64,000 nucleotides of DNA, from the NCBI RefSeq assembly GCF_009914755.1, contig NC_060931.1, one strand, 5' to 3'. The notes under the pieces are model-generated. The model ran no database searches and was not told the DNA's origin. It saw nothing but the letters and a program-made list of their open reading frames with translations. This DNA comes from the human T2T-CHM13v2.0 reference genome, Homo sapiens. How positions within the stretch are numbered: position 1 is the stretch's first letter; every line of letters begins with the position of its first letter. The position numbers and the translations under genes are program-made. Of the stretch, positions 13,901 through 26,552 are shown one piece after another.

Positions 13901-15168
13901 AGACTTATACACTGAAAATTATAAAACGCTGATGAAAGACATTTTAAAAAACACAGATAGATGGAGAGACATTTCATATTCATGGAACAGAAGAATTAAA
14001 GAATTTTAAATGTCCATACTATTCAAAGCAATTTACAGATTCAATAAAATGCCTACCAAAATCCCAATGGCATTCTTTACAGAAATAGAAAAACAATCCT
14101 AAAATTCATATGGAACCTCAAGAGACCCAGAATAGCCAAAGCAAACTTGCATGAGAAAAATAAAGCTGGAAGCATAAAAAAAAAATCCCTACTTTAAAAC
14201 ATATTTAAAAGCTACAGTAATTAAAACTGTGTGGTACTGGTATAAAAATAGACATATCAACAGAGAATGGAATCAAAAGGCCAGAAATAAATCCACACAT
14301 CTTTGACAAGGGTGCCAAGAACACAAAGTGGGGATCTCTTCAATAAATAATGCTGGGAAAATATGATATGCACATGCAGGAGAACAAAATTAGGTCCTTA
14401 TCTCACACCATATACAAATATCAACTCAAAATGGATGAAAGACTTAATTACTTAAATGGATTAAAACATCTTAGTTTTATGTCTAACATGTAAGACATAA
14501 AACTACTAGAAGAATCATAGGGGGAAAGCTTTTTGACAATGGTCTTGGCAATAATTTTTTGGATATAACACAAACAGTGCAGGCAACAAAATCAAAAATA
14601 GGCTAATGAAATGGCATCAAACTAAAAAGCTTCTGCATGGCAAAGGAAATAATCTTTTGGAAATAATAAGGCAACCATATAAGGAATTCGTGCAAGTCAA
14701 CAGCAAAAAAATAAATAACCCAATTTAATCATGGTTAAAAGTCCTGAATGGATATTACTCAAAAGAAGACATAAAAATGGCCAACTTAACTTCACTAATC
14801 ATCAGGCAGTGCAAATCAAAAGCACAATGAGATATCACCTCACCTTACACCCATTTGGATGGCTACTATCAGAAAGAAGAAAGGTAAGTGTTGGCGAGGA
14901 TATGGAGAAAAGGAAACTTGTATACCGTTTGTGGGAACGTAAACTGGTGCCAGCAGCCATTATAGAAAACAATATGGAGATTCCTCACAAAGAACCCATC
15001 AATCCCATTCAAAGGAAATGAAATCAGTACCTCAAAGAGATATCTACACTGCCATTGTTCATTTTTGCATTCTACACAATAGCCAAGATATGAAATCAAA
15101 CTAAATTTCCATTGATAGATGACAAATAAAGAAAACATGATATATAAATCCAATGAAATATTATTCAA

Positions 15169-15539
<371 letters not shown>

Positions 15540-15543
15540 TTAA

Positions 15544-15927
<384 letters not shown>

Positions 15928-15941
15928 ACAAATACAAAATT

Positions 15942-16965
15942 AATGCTAGTGAGGATGTGGAGAAACAAGATCACTCAAATATTGCTGACAATAATGTAAA
16001 ATGGTACAGCCACCCTGGAAAACAGTTGAGCAGTTTCTTAAAAACCTAAACATGCAACTGCCATAAAAAACAGCAATTGCACTCCATTTATTTATCACAG
16101 AGAAATGAAAACTTAGATTCACACAAAAACCTAGGCATGAATGTTTATAGCAGCATTATTCCTAATTGCCAAAAACTGAAAACTATCCAGATGTCCTCCA
16201 ATGGGTGAATCAATAAACACACTGTGGTAAAGCCATACGTTGGAATACTACTCAGCGATAAAAGTGGCAAAATATTGATAATATGCAAAAGCCTGAATGA
16301 ATCTCCAGCAAATTGTGCTGAAGGAAAACAAGCAATTCCAAAAAGTTCTGTACTGTATAACTTAATTTATATAATATTATTAGGCCAGGTACAGTGGCCT
16401 ATGCTTGTAATCCCACACTTCGGAGGCTGAGGCCAGAGGATCACTTGAGGCCAATAGTTCAAGACAGCCTAGGCAATAAAGTGAGCCCCTGTCTCCACAA
16501 AAAATAGAAAAAGTAGCCAGGTGTGCTGGCATGCACCTGTAGTCCCAGCTACTCAGGAGGCTGAGGTGGTAGGATCTCTTGAGCCCAGGATTGTGCCACT
16601 GGAATCCAACCTGTGCAATTGGTGTCCAGTGGGACCTTGTCTCAAATAATAATGCTAATATTATTACTGAAATTACAAAAGTATAAAAATGGAGAATAGA
16701 ATGTGATTGCCAGGGTTAAAAAGAGGCTGAGAATGAGAAGGAAGCAGGGTAGCTATGAAAGGGTAAGACAAGGGATCTTTGTGGCAATGTAGTGTTCTGT
16801 GTCTTGACTATATCAATATTGATATCTTGGTGATGATATTGGACTATTACTGGTGCAAGATGGGGAACGCTGAGTAAAGGGTACATGAGCTCTTTCTGCA
16901 TTATTTGCTACAATTGCATGTAAATCTACAATTATCTCAAAATAAAACCTTTAATTAAAGAAAAT
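15942..16965 (+). mobile_element. Old LINE-1 3' end (L1MD-like), probable continuation of 9578-10620
   Basis: gtgaggatgtggagaaac...aaatggtacagccaccctggaaaacag, and terminal gcatgtaaatctacaattatctcaaaataaaa. Confidence 0.75.
16383..16652 (+). mobile_element. Alu (AluJ-like, right-arm deletion)
   Basis: ggccaggtacagtggcctatgcttgtaatccc...gaggatcacttgaggcc...ttgagcccaggattgtgccact. Confidence 0.85.
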
Positions 16966-19900
16966 AAACAAAATGCATACTAAAGGATAAACAAACAAAG
17001 ACACTTTGGGAGAGAAGAGGTGTGAGAAAGTTAAAATTTCATCTACACGCAAGTAACTGGAAAGCAATTACACAATGTCAAAAGCTGATAAGAAAGATCA
17101 GTATAAGCTCATTTTATCAGTCTAATTATCAGTATAAAATCACATTATTTAGAAATATGAGCAGTTCCCAAATAATGGGGATCAAAAGTGGTTGTCTCTG
17201 AAGACAGGCCTTGGGAAGGAGAAATGTGAGAAAGAAGGCAGGTCCTTTTCATCATAAACTCTTCCGTACACTTCTATTAAACAATGTGTTTGCATTGCCT
17301 TAATTAATTTTTAACACTAAGCTAGTTCAGAGCCTTCTCTGAAGCATACAGTTATAATGCATGTGAATGTCTTTATGTTACTGATCATCTCGGTCAATAA
17401 ATGGCTGAACTCAAACAAGGTCTTAAAGTACCTTTTCCCTTGCCCCTTCTTTGTCGTGGATCAGCTCCTTTCCCGGATCAGAAATAAACAAAGGGAAAAG
17501 CCCACCTTACTTTCTTTCCTCACATTCTGTTGACTTGTTCAACTCACTTGTGATTTTTATTTCCCTGAGTGTTCACAGGAACACTGTCCTCACTCCTTGC
17601 CCCCACCCCTCTGAGCTTCCTGATTAATAAGAATTCAATCCCACATTCATTAAGCCCCTTCAGCTTTAACCTTTTCATTCTTCTCTAGCAGAGACCTCTT
17701 CTTGAAGAATCCCAAAGCCTCCTCATTCTGAACATCTTAGATCACAATTTAAAATCAACACATCAGTTTCAAGAAAGAGTTATATTGTGATTTACTCATA
17801 ATCACCCTCCCTTCAATTACTCAGGCATGTATTCACTTCCCTTGGGCTGCAAATCCAAAGAGCGATTGATTTTCAGGCTCATGGTGGATGCCAACTCAGG
17901 GATAAGGCTGTTCTGGAGGGGAAGGAGCCACCCATGAGCAGAAGCTACCTTGAATTCATTTTCCACAGTTGGAATTAAATGCTTTTGGCACCCACCGTCA
18001 ATGTGATTTTTAACATATCATGAAAGGAAGTTAAACTAAAAAAGACACATGCAGGCAGAACAAACAGGATTATGGGGTTTTATTCATAGGCATTATGATA
18101 GAAAAGGTAAGGTGGTGCCAATGGTTTTACAGTTCATGTCAAGTGAGACAATTCGTGCTGGAACCTCAGAGCTGGTTCTCGAGACAGCTGTACTCTACAA
18201 TGGAGCAGGGAGCAGTTCATAAGGCACTGGCTGACAGATTCCTCAAAATGTTTGTTCCAATCCTAGGCTTAATAAGTGATCCCCTTAAAGCAAAGTTGGT
18301 TCCCCAGAACATTTATACAAACAAAGGGGTTTGGACTCCACTAGGAAAACACTGTCTTTCTGGTTTAAAAGTTGGAGGTTAGTATCAATCTTTTCCGTCA
18401 AATTGCATACCTCTAAGGGAAATGACAAGTGGAGAGTGCATGAGCCTTTGGTGTGAGCACCCTCCAAAACCTGAGCCCATTCAGATGCTGCATCTCTAAG
18501 GCTCTGACAGATGATCATCCTTTTTACATCCCATTAAAACACTTGTGCTGAGATGATTTCTTCGTCTTGGGGAGATAGAGATGTGAACCTCAAGATGATG
18601 CATTGTGTGGGCTGGGCAAGACCTATTTAACTCACCATCAAATGTCTAACTTTTGGATCACTTTACCCCAGCAGCACAACTGCCTCTTTACAATGTATTT
18701 GGTTGAACTTGGAGGCTCTACATCTGGTTTCGTCCAACTTCAGCTCATTTGATTTTCCATTGTCCAAAGATCACATCTGTGCATTTGAAATCCCCCACCA
18801 AATGCCACCACCGGCTCTGGTTCCCACAGGATATAGTGCTTCTCCTAATCAGAGCTGATGCTTTAATGGCGAGAAAAACAGGCATCAAGTATTCAACAAA
18901 TCTATTCTTTGGCACCTCTTTTAGCTTTTATTAAGGCGAACGTGAACAAGGGCAACGCGAAGTCTAATAAATATAGAGGACAGGAAAGGCTTACGCTGGA
19001 TTATGGCCAGGCCTGCTTTGCCCATAATAGGGCATTTAATTTTTCATTTATTGATTACACTGTGTTTGCTACAGCAGCCCAGCTTGCCAAGAACATAGGA
19101 TTATATGAATTCCGAGAGCAGGAAGGACTCAAGGAGTAACATACAAGGAAATTCAAGAAACTTTCTTCAAAACATTGGCCATTGAATACCATTTTTCTCA
19201 ATTTTGAAAATAAATTTTTTAACAAGTATAAGGCCTCACATTACATGATGTGAAAAGGCTAAAAACAGCAATAGAAATTACATTCATAAAAGTGCATTGC
19301 CAACATACAACAAAGACTTTGGCTTGTCCTGTGCCTGTGGGGATGTAGGCATGGCTGGCAGGGCTGCCTCGTGCTAATCCTCAGCTCCCTGGAGATGCCC
19401 ATCCCTGGGCACTGGCTTGAAAATAAAAATTTAAACCTCTCTGATGTTTGACATGATACGAACTTAAGCTTACAAGTTGAGTGTCTGTGCTCGTGGATAT
19501 GTATATGTGAGTGTGGGCTTTGATGTGTGTGTGCCTATGTGGGATCTATTCCTTTTCCTTGATTATTGTCTGTCCTGGTCATATTCTCATACATTTCTTA
19601 CCCCTCAGAACTTCTTGGTATAAGAGGAGTACCTATTGACTTAAAAGGGAAATTTTAATTTTAGAGCATTAAATTCCATTGGCATTAGTGATTAGGAGAC
19701 TCACAGGTCTTTGCTCATCAGACATCAAGAAATCAGAGAAGTCCACATCTCAGGACTCTTAAAAATACGATTAACCTCTCTATTTTTTTTTTAAATGCTC
19801 TCTTCCAATAAGCAGAGTATTTGGAGCTTAACGATCATGTATTTACTATTTTGGTAGTTTTTAAGCTAATATTAAAATGGTTCTATTCAAAACATTTGGG

Positions 19901-20682
19901 ACTGTTTTAATATGTCACTTGCTTAATACAATCATGCAAACATGTTCTCAACAGGTATGTATTTTATTCCCTCCTAAAGGCACAAAGAGAGGAGGGAGAC
20001 TTGGCTGCTCTTTGCTCTAGAGCCCAAAGGCATGAACCATTGAGGTACAACAGTTTGAAAATACACATGGGCTCTTTTTTGGTACACATTTGGTTTCCAT
20101 TTGCTTGAAATAGTTTTGTAGCCTAATAAAAAAAGAACCTACATTTTTTATATAGGGAAGTTAACTGGCTGTGGTTGGAAGATTTTTTTGTTTTTTACTC
20201 GGTTATTTTAAGGATATTATCACAATAATGCCCAACACTCCATTAGAGTGATGGAAGTGAGCATTGACTTGATGTAGTATGTTTTATTATTCATCATCTA
20301 AAACACCAAGTGCCAACATCCACATATGGGGTTATGGCATATGTAAAACAGGAAAGCATTTTCTAGAAAGCAGTAGGTCTTCTATAGCATAATATTCCAA
20401 GGTTGCCATCATTCTTTAACCAGCTCCCTAAAAGAAAGAGCAAATGGTCAGGGATTTTTTCACGCATAAAACTACCATAAACTCTAATCAAATGGATGCT
20501 TGCTTAAGGATTTGAATTCCGGAGTATCTCCCATGCAGAATAAGTTAAGAGCTAGTCTGGAATATTGAGTAAGGGAAGTTCACAGACCTCGCAGAAGCCA
20601 GCACAGATGAACATTCAAAAGCTCACAATTTCCAGGCTTAGGTCAGTCCTTAGGAGTTCACAAACACAGATGGAATATTTCT

Positions 20683-20867
20683 TTTTTTTTTTTTTTTATA
20701 CTTTAAGTTCTAGGGTACATGTGCACAACGTGCAGGTTTGTTACATATGTATACATGTTCCATGTTGGTGTGCTGCACCCATTAACTCGTCATTTACATT
20801 AGGTATATCGCCTAATGCTACCCCTCCCCCCTCCCCGCTCCCCCCACCCCACAACAGGCCCCGGTGT
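20683..20867 (-). mobile_element. 5'-truncated L1PA (PA3-PA5-like) 3' end, ~185 bp
   Basis: Poly-T then atactttaagttctagggtacatgtgcacaacgtgcagg. Perfect 17-bp TSD acagatggaatatttct at 20666-20682 and 20868-20884. Confidence 0.95.
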
Positions 20868-21251
20868 ACAGATGGAATATTTCTAAATACTTCTACTCAA
20901 TGTTTACTTTCCTAAAATACCAACTAATAAGCACCACTGGAAGGATTTCTTAATTCATGAGTTCCGAATACACCAAGAATTTAGCATTTAGAATCCCCAT
21001 GATCCAGGTATTTAAAAACTCACCCGTTTATATTCAATCAGACGTCTATTTTTATAGATGTTCATTTATTTGAAATATAAATTGATGTTCAGTAGAAAGC
21101 AGATTTCTCAAGAAGTAACCATAGTGGCCTAACAACAAAGAGGTAATATTTTGTATACCAGTGTGCAGCTTTCTCATTGTGGGGGATTACAACAACATGA
21201 GTTCCTCTCTAGCCATCCTCTTCAGGAGTGTTGTAGGAAGGTAGACAACTC

Positions 21252-21385
21252 CCGGACATGGTGGCTCATGCCTGTAATCTCAACACTTCAGGAGACCGAG
21301 GCTGGAGAATAGCTTGAGCCCAGGAGTTTGAGACCAGCCTGGGCAATATAGTGAGACCCCATCTCTACAATCATTTTTAAAAAAG
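21252..21385 (+). mobile_element. Alu monomer (FLAM-like)
   Basis: Single monomer ...ttgagcccaggagtttgagaccagcctgggcaatatagtgagaccccatctc with A-rich tail. Confidence 0.85.
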
Positions 21386-22139
21386 CAAATGGACAACAGA
21401 TGCTAACGCACTTGGAAAAAAAATTCTACCTTCATAAAATAATGGCTGCCAGTGAGTCCTTCTTATGTGGTACTCTTCAGCTTGCCTTCCCCTTCACAGT
21501 GATGCTGTAAGACAGGTATTATTCTCATTTTAAAGGAATAAATCGAGTCACCTCCAAGACCACATAAACTAGAAAGCAGAGTACTGGGATTCAGCTTGAA
21601 GATGCTGCTAAATTATTCTCACTGTCCATGAGCTTGAGTCTTCCCTTTGTGCCTGGAGTATTAAGGGGAAGAGGACCATTATATTTTTCTCACAGACATT
21701 CTCTCCTACTCCCATCGTTCTATTTCCTGCTAACTCCTGACCCTATTCATGTGGCAAAAGAAGAGGCTAGATTGAGCTGAGTGAGAGCAGGTGTTGGAGG
21801 AGGCAAAGAATGGAGAGAATTTCCTCAGTCATGGAATTCTATGTGATTGATTTGGGGTGGTCATGGTGTTTCCTTCACCTGACCAGCAATCTTGAAGCAT
21901 CATCAGTGGTCCGTAAGATGTACATATGGTCGGGGCCTTCTCTGACCTTTTATGTTTCCTTCTAGCATTATCCAGGTGAATGCTGCCTTCGGGTTTCTGG
22001 TGTCTGTAAGTCTCCTGCACAGTACCCTGAAATGTCGGGATTTATCAGGAGTAGTCTCAGCAATGACAAAGCCCACCTGGATTTGTGTTTTTGCTTTTAT
22101 TTCCTGCTTGTTTTTCCTATTAAGTGTGATCACTCCTCT

Positions 22140-22278
22140 TCTTCTCCACTGGAAGATAAGCTTGACATGGGGAAGATCGTTGACTCGTGTTCACAGCTGA
22201 ATCCCCGGAATTGTTCCTGACACACAGGAGGAACTGGAGGCCTATTTGTTAAATGAATGAATCAATCAATAAATGAAT
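22140..22278 (+). mobile_element. L2 3' end relic
   Basis: cctgacacacaggag...tatttgttaaatgaatgaat terminal motif; a similar relic lies at ~22850-22960. Confidence 0.5.
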
Positions 22279-22429
22279 ATATGCTAGTGATTAGCCCAAA
22301 TAAAGCAGGAACCCAATTGCTATGTTCTATATGAAGGTAATCAGTTGGGATAGGCTCCTTGTAAAAACAAAAAAAAGAAAAGAAAAAAAGAAAACAAACA
22401 AACACAAAAAAAAACAACCCAATGGTTGA

Positions 22430-22727
22430 TTTCTTATACCTGGCATGTGGCTTTTGGGAGTCAGCAAAAGGCTGTGTTCCTACAGTCCCTTAGGGAGCCA
22501 GGCTGGGGAGCAGCACCAGCCCTTCTCTGGAGCTCCTTGTCTGAGGGATACGGAGCTAGGTAGAGATGCTCCGACCTAGAAGTGAAACACATCACACTCA
22601 CAGGTCCTGGCCAGAACTAGTAACGTGGTTCTACTCCACCACAATGGGCCAGGAAATGCAAACTTCCCACTGGCCTGCAAGGCAGGAAGCTGGGACTATT
22701 TGGTAAATTGCATGTCTGGTACCACCA
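22430..22727 (-). mobile_element. Old MaLR LTR fragment (MLT1K/L-like)
   Basis: agaagtgaaacacatcac...tggccagaactagtaacgtgg...gggactatttggtaaa resembles reverse-strand MLT1 motifs. Confidence 0.5.
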
Positions 22728-23491
22728 AAAACAAGTGAAACAGTGACTCTGTAGGCATCAAAGTTCAGTGTGTAGATTCAGAACACTAGAGCCAGGAAAT
22801 GGAAGGAGGTGAACATAGAAGATGGCCAAACTAGCTGCATTCAGCGTAGCACTCTTCATAAGCTGTCAGAGGCAGTGCTTGCAGTGTGGCTACAGCCGCA
22901 CTAGGCAACACAATAATTGACACACAAGAAGAGCTCAAAAAAGATTTGCTGAATGAATGATCACACAAAACACGAATTCTATAGAAGAAATAGAATCAGA
23001 ATGAGGCTGACTATTGCTGCTTCTATTTGGAATGGTATTGTTTCATGGAAGGATGTGGGTTCATGTATAAGCTACATCAGATAGCTCACTTTTCATTTCC
23101 CTGGAGTTAAAACATGTGGCTCTTCAAAGTCACACACACAAGGCTGCAGAAACCCAATACATTGGACAAGAGGCTATAGCCGTAAGTCCTGGGACTCCTG
23201 CCATATGAAAACACCCTCCCGTCCTGGAAGATTTCTGCCTCCTCAGATGGGGGCTTGGATCAAGTGCTCTGCTACCCTGGTCTCTCCAGGTTTGAGATGC
23301 TGTTATTCTCTGATCCTGGTTTTGGCTTTAGCACTGAGTTATATTATATTGCTGAGGTCATTGTTTATTCTACCACATGGTTGTAGTGGCCTCATTTTAT
23401 AAATGAAGGAACAAAGAACAAGAAAGTTCATGTAGAGTCCAGTCTCACACTCTAGTTTTATGCTGAGGCCAGGGCAGTGAAACAAGATTCA

Positions 23492-23763
23492 GTGTGGGTG
23501 GTGAGTATGAGTGTGTGTGATGTGTGGTGTGTGTGATATATATATGTGTGTGTGTGTTATGTATGTAGTATGTATGACTGCATGTATGGTGTATGTTGTG
23601 TGTGTGACTGTGTGTGTGGGGGGGTGCATTTTTACCTCTGCTGAAACAGCAGTTCAGGTAATAGAAGCCTCCTGTTCAACCACAAAACAGATTGTTTTCC
23701 TCCAAATTCCTCGGACATCGTGGAGCCCTGAGTCAGGATCACTATCTCCACCGTGGAGAGGGA
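23492..23763 (+). repeat. Left arm of a long inverted repeat (GT-rich block plus 135-bp unique core)
   Basis: Reverse complement of 24425-24708. Core 23629-23763 vs 24425-24559 aligns ungapped with 12 mismatches in 135 (hand count). Confidence 0.95.
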
Positions 23764-24424
23764 AGATTAACCTGAAAGCAATGTGCAGGAGAGTTGCAGG
23801 CACTCTCCCTCAGTGGCAAACTAATGCATGGAAGGCACTCACGAGAAGCATTGAATAGATGCCTCAGATGTGGAATTATACATGCTACTTGATGCACAAA
23901 GCCAGGCTACCTGAAAGTTCCTTCTAAAGTTTTAAAAAGAGTGTGAATCTGTGCTGCAAATTTGAAGGCAGTTCCAATTTGGACAGAAAGCTCCCTCTGC
24001 TGGCTCCAGAGCTCCCCATTTTCTTAGCGTTAGACAGTGCAACATACTCCACCTGGCAGGGCACAGCCGAAGGACATGGGATCATGGCATGTATGTGCTG
24101 AATTAGCGATACCTGGAATGATAGGACATGGCTCAGAAAGGACACCAAAGAAAAAAGGAGCAAGTGGCCTTTGGCGGGGGAAGGAAATGCTACTGACACA
24201 GCCAGAGCCACTTCTCAAAAAATAGTCTTAAAAAAAATATGAAACAGCATTTGCACAGATTAAACACTCAAGTTATCCCCTCCATCCTACAATTCACTCT
24301 GACTGAAGCATTTGAGCACAAATTATACTCTCAAAGTTTTCTTAGGAACTTATAGTAAATAGAAACTCAAGCTAAAGTTCATCTTAGGAATCTGTCAACC
24401 TTACAATGTTTATTTGGAATAAAC

Positions 24425-24708
24425 TCCCTCTCCACGGCAGAGATAGTGATCCTGGCTCGGCGCTCCACGATGTCCGGATAATTTGGAGGAAAACAATCTG
24501 TTTTGTGGTTGAACAGGAAGCTTCCATCACCTGAACTGCTGTTTCAGCAGAGGTCAAAACCTGCCACACACACACACATGCAGCCACACACATCACATAT
24601 GCACACCATACATGTAGTCATACATACATACACACAACACACACAGTCACACACATATATATACCACACACACCACACATCACACACACTCATACTCACC
24701 ACACACAC
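24425..24708 (-). repeat. Right arm of the long inverted repeat; CA-rich tract continues to ~24815
   Basis: See left arm. The ORF track shows the same peptide (TSAETAVQV.EASCSTTKQIVFLQI) on opposite strands at 23511+ and 24384-. Confidence 0.95.
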
Positions 24709-25209
24709 GTTTGTACACACATGTACATGCAACCACAGACCCTACACACTGATACTTACCACTCACACACACAGTCACACACGCTTATCCACACATGTTC
24801 ACACCACACACCCACAAAGTCAAGCACATTTTTACTTTCTAAAGTTTTAAAGTCTGTGTGCTCAAATTTAAAACTAGGATCTTATTTGGTAAGTACTCCA
24901 CACCCCACTCATGCCCAAAAATTTTTCAATTATGTCTTCTGACAGATTTGAAATTCCTGAGTAACTCATTCCTTAAGAGGTCACTCTAACCTCTGAAACA
25001 GATTTTAGGGGAAAGAGGGTGCCAGAAACCACTCAGCCTAGTGAGACCAGTTTTACAAGTACGTGGAGAAGGTGAATATGAAAGGTATAATTTCCAGAGT
25101 TCAAACAAGTGTTTCAACCCTTAGATGCCTCTGCTACCCTCTTCCTATAGCCTGAAATATAGAATTTAAGCTCTACTTTTTTGGTCTAAAGCCATGTGAC
25201 CCTTTTAAA

Positions 25210-25517
25210 GGGACATGTTAGTCAAGGAGTACAAGGTTTCGGTTTCGTAAGATGAATAAATTCTAAGATCTTACTTATAACATGGTGACTAGAGTTTCCA
25301 AATCTGTATGAATCCTTGAAATTTGCTAAGATGGTCTTTGGTGTTCACACTCACACACACATACACACACGCAACTACATGAGGCAACAGATATGTTAAT
25401 TAACTTGATTAAAGTGATATTCCACAATGTATAAGTATATCAAAGCATCAGGCTGTGTACCTTAAATATACACAACTTTTATTTGTCAATTATACGTCAA
25501 CAACCCTGGAAAAATAA
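25210..25517 (+). mobile_element. L1MA (MA8/9-like) 3' UTR fragment
   Basis: gtcaaggagtacaaggtttc...ttgaaatttgctaaga...gtaccttaaatatacacaactttt. Confidence 0.75.
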
Positions 25518-26256
25518 GATAAAAAGAAATAATGACTTAGACCAAGAGGTTATTAGATAATCTCTTAAAAACAGATTTTGTTGGAGGCAGGAGGAGCAAG
25601 GGAAGGAAGGAGCCCTAAGATACTGGGCATCACATCTAAAGAGAAGTTGGGGGAGGTGTGACAGCACTAAGTGGGAGATGACTTCTAGAATGAAGAGCCT
25701 TGAATTTGCTAACAGGAGGCTTGGATCAGCTCACGGTGTTGCTAAGCCAGGATGTGGTTTGGGGTTATTAATGAGCACTGATGGCTCTTCATTGCCACGT
25801 ACTGAGTGCTGTGCCATGGGTCAGATACTGTGCCCAGTTCCCTATCATGGAATCCTCTCACACAATCCTGTGAGGAAGAGACGCATCTCTCAACTTACAA
25901 ATAGAAAACGAAGGTTTGGTACTTAATCCAGGGTTAGGGAGTTTTGCTCTAGGAAGCAAAACCACCTAAGTGCCCTAATAGGGACTGCTCAAATAGCCAT
26001 GAATGGAGTCATTGCTATTTTTCTACTGTTTTCACCACAAACAAGACTAATTCTGAATAATAAACTCCTGAACAGTATCCTGTGAGTACCAGCACATTCT
26101 TCCAAGGTCATCCTTCAGCCCTCCCTTTAGTGATGAAGATTTTGAATGCCAGAGGGGGCCAGTAGCGAAGCAGTATTGCTCACAAGATGCACAAGCTGCC
26201 CCCACCCCTCATTAGGGCAGGACCAAGAGCCAGCCACGATTCTAGAAAAGAAACCA

Positions 26257-26552
26257 GGCGGAGCACAGTGGCTCACCCCTATAATCCCAGCATTTTGGGA
26301 GGCCAAGGTGGGCGGATCACTTCAGGTCAGGGGTTTAAGACCAGCCTGGCCAACATGATGAAACCCTGTCTCTACCAGAAATACAAAAATTAGCCAGGCG
26401 CCACCATGCCTGCAGTCCCAGCTACTCAGGAGGCTGAGGGTGGAGAATCACTTGAACCTGGGAGACCGAGTTTGCAGTGAGTCAAGATTGCGCCACTGCA
26501 CTCCAGCCTGGGTGACAGAAAGAGACTCCATCTCAATTTAAAAAAAAAAGAA
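26257..26552 (+). mobile_element. Alu (AluSx-like)
   Basis: Dimer with ggcggatcacttcaggtcagg and an A-tail; short deletion at the start of the right arm. Confidence 0.92.

Noticed and set aside
21966-22005. 40-nt plus-strand segment bounded by tttccttctag| and |gtaagt
   Set aside because: Good splice signals, but no partner exons or recognisable peptide; such pseudo-exons are common.
23492-24708. Inverted repeat as a DNA transposon with long TIRs
   Set aside because: No TSD or transposase remnant, outer ends dissolve into a CA/GT tract, and the right arm is embedded in a longer tract; local inverted duplication fits better.
23511-24850. Cys/Val-rich and His/Thr-rich ORFs (23511-23858, 24503-24850, 24544-24732)
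   Set aside because: Products of GT/CA low-complexity sequence.
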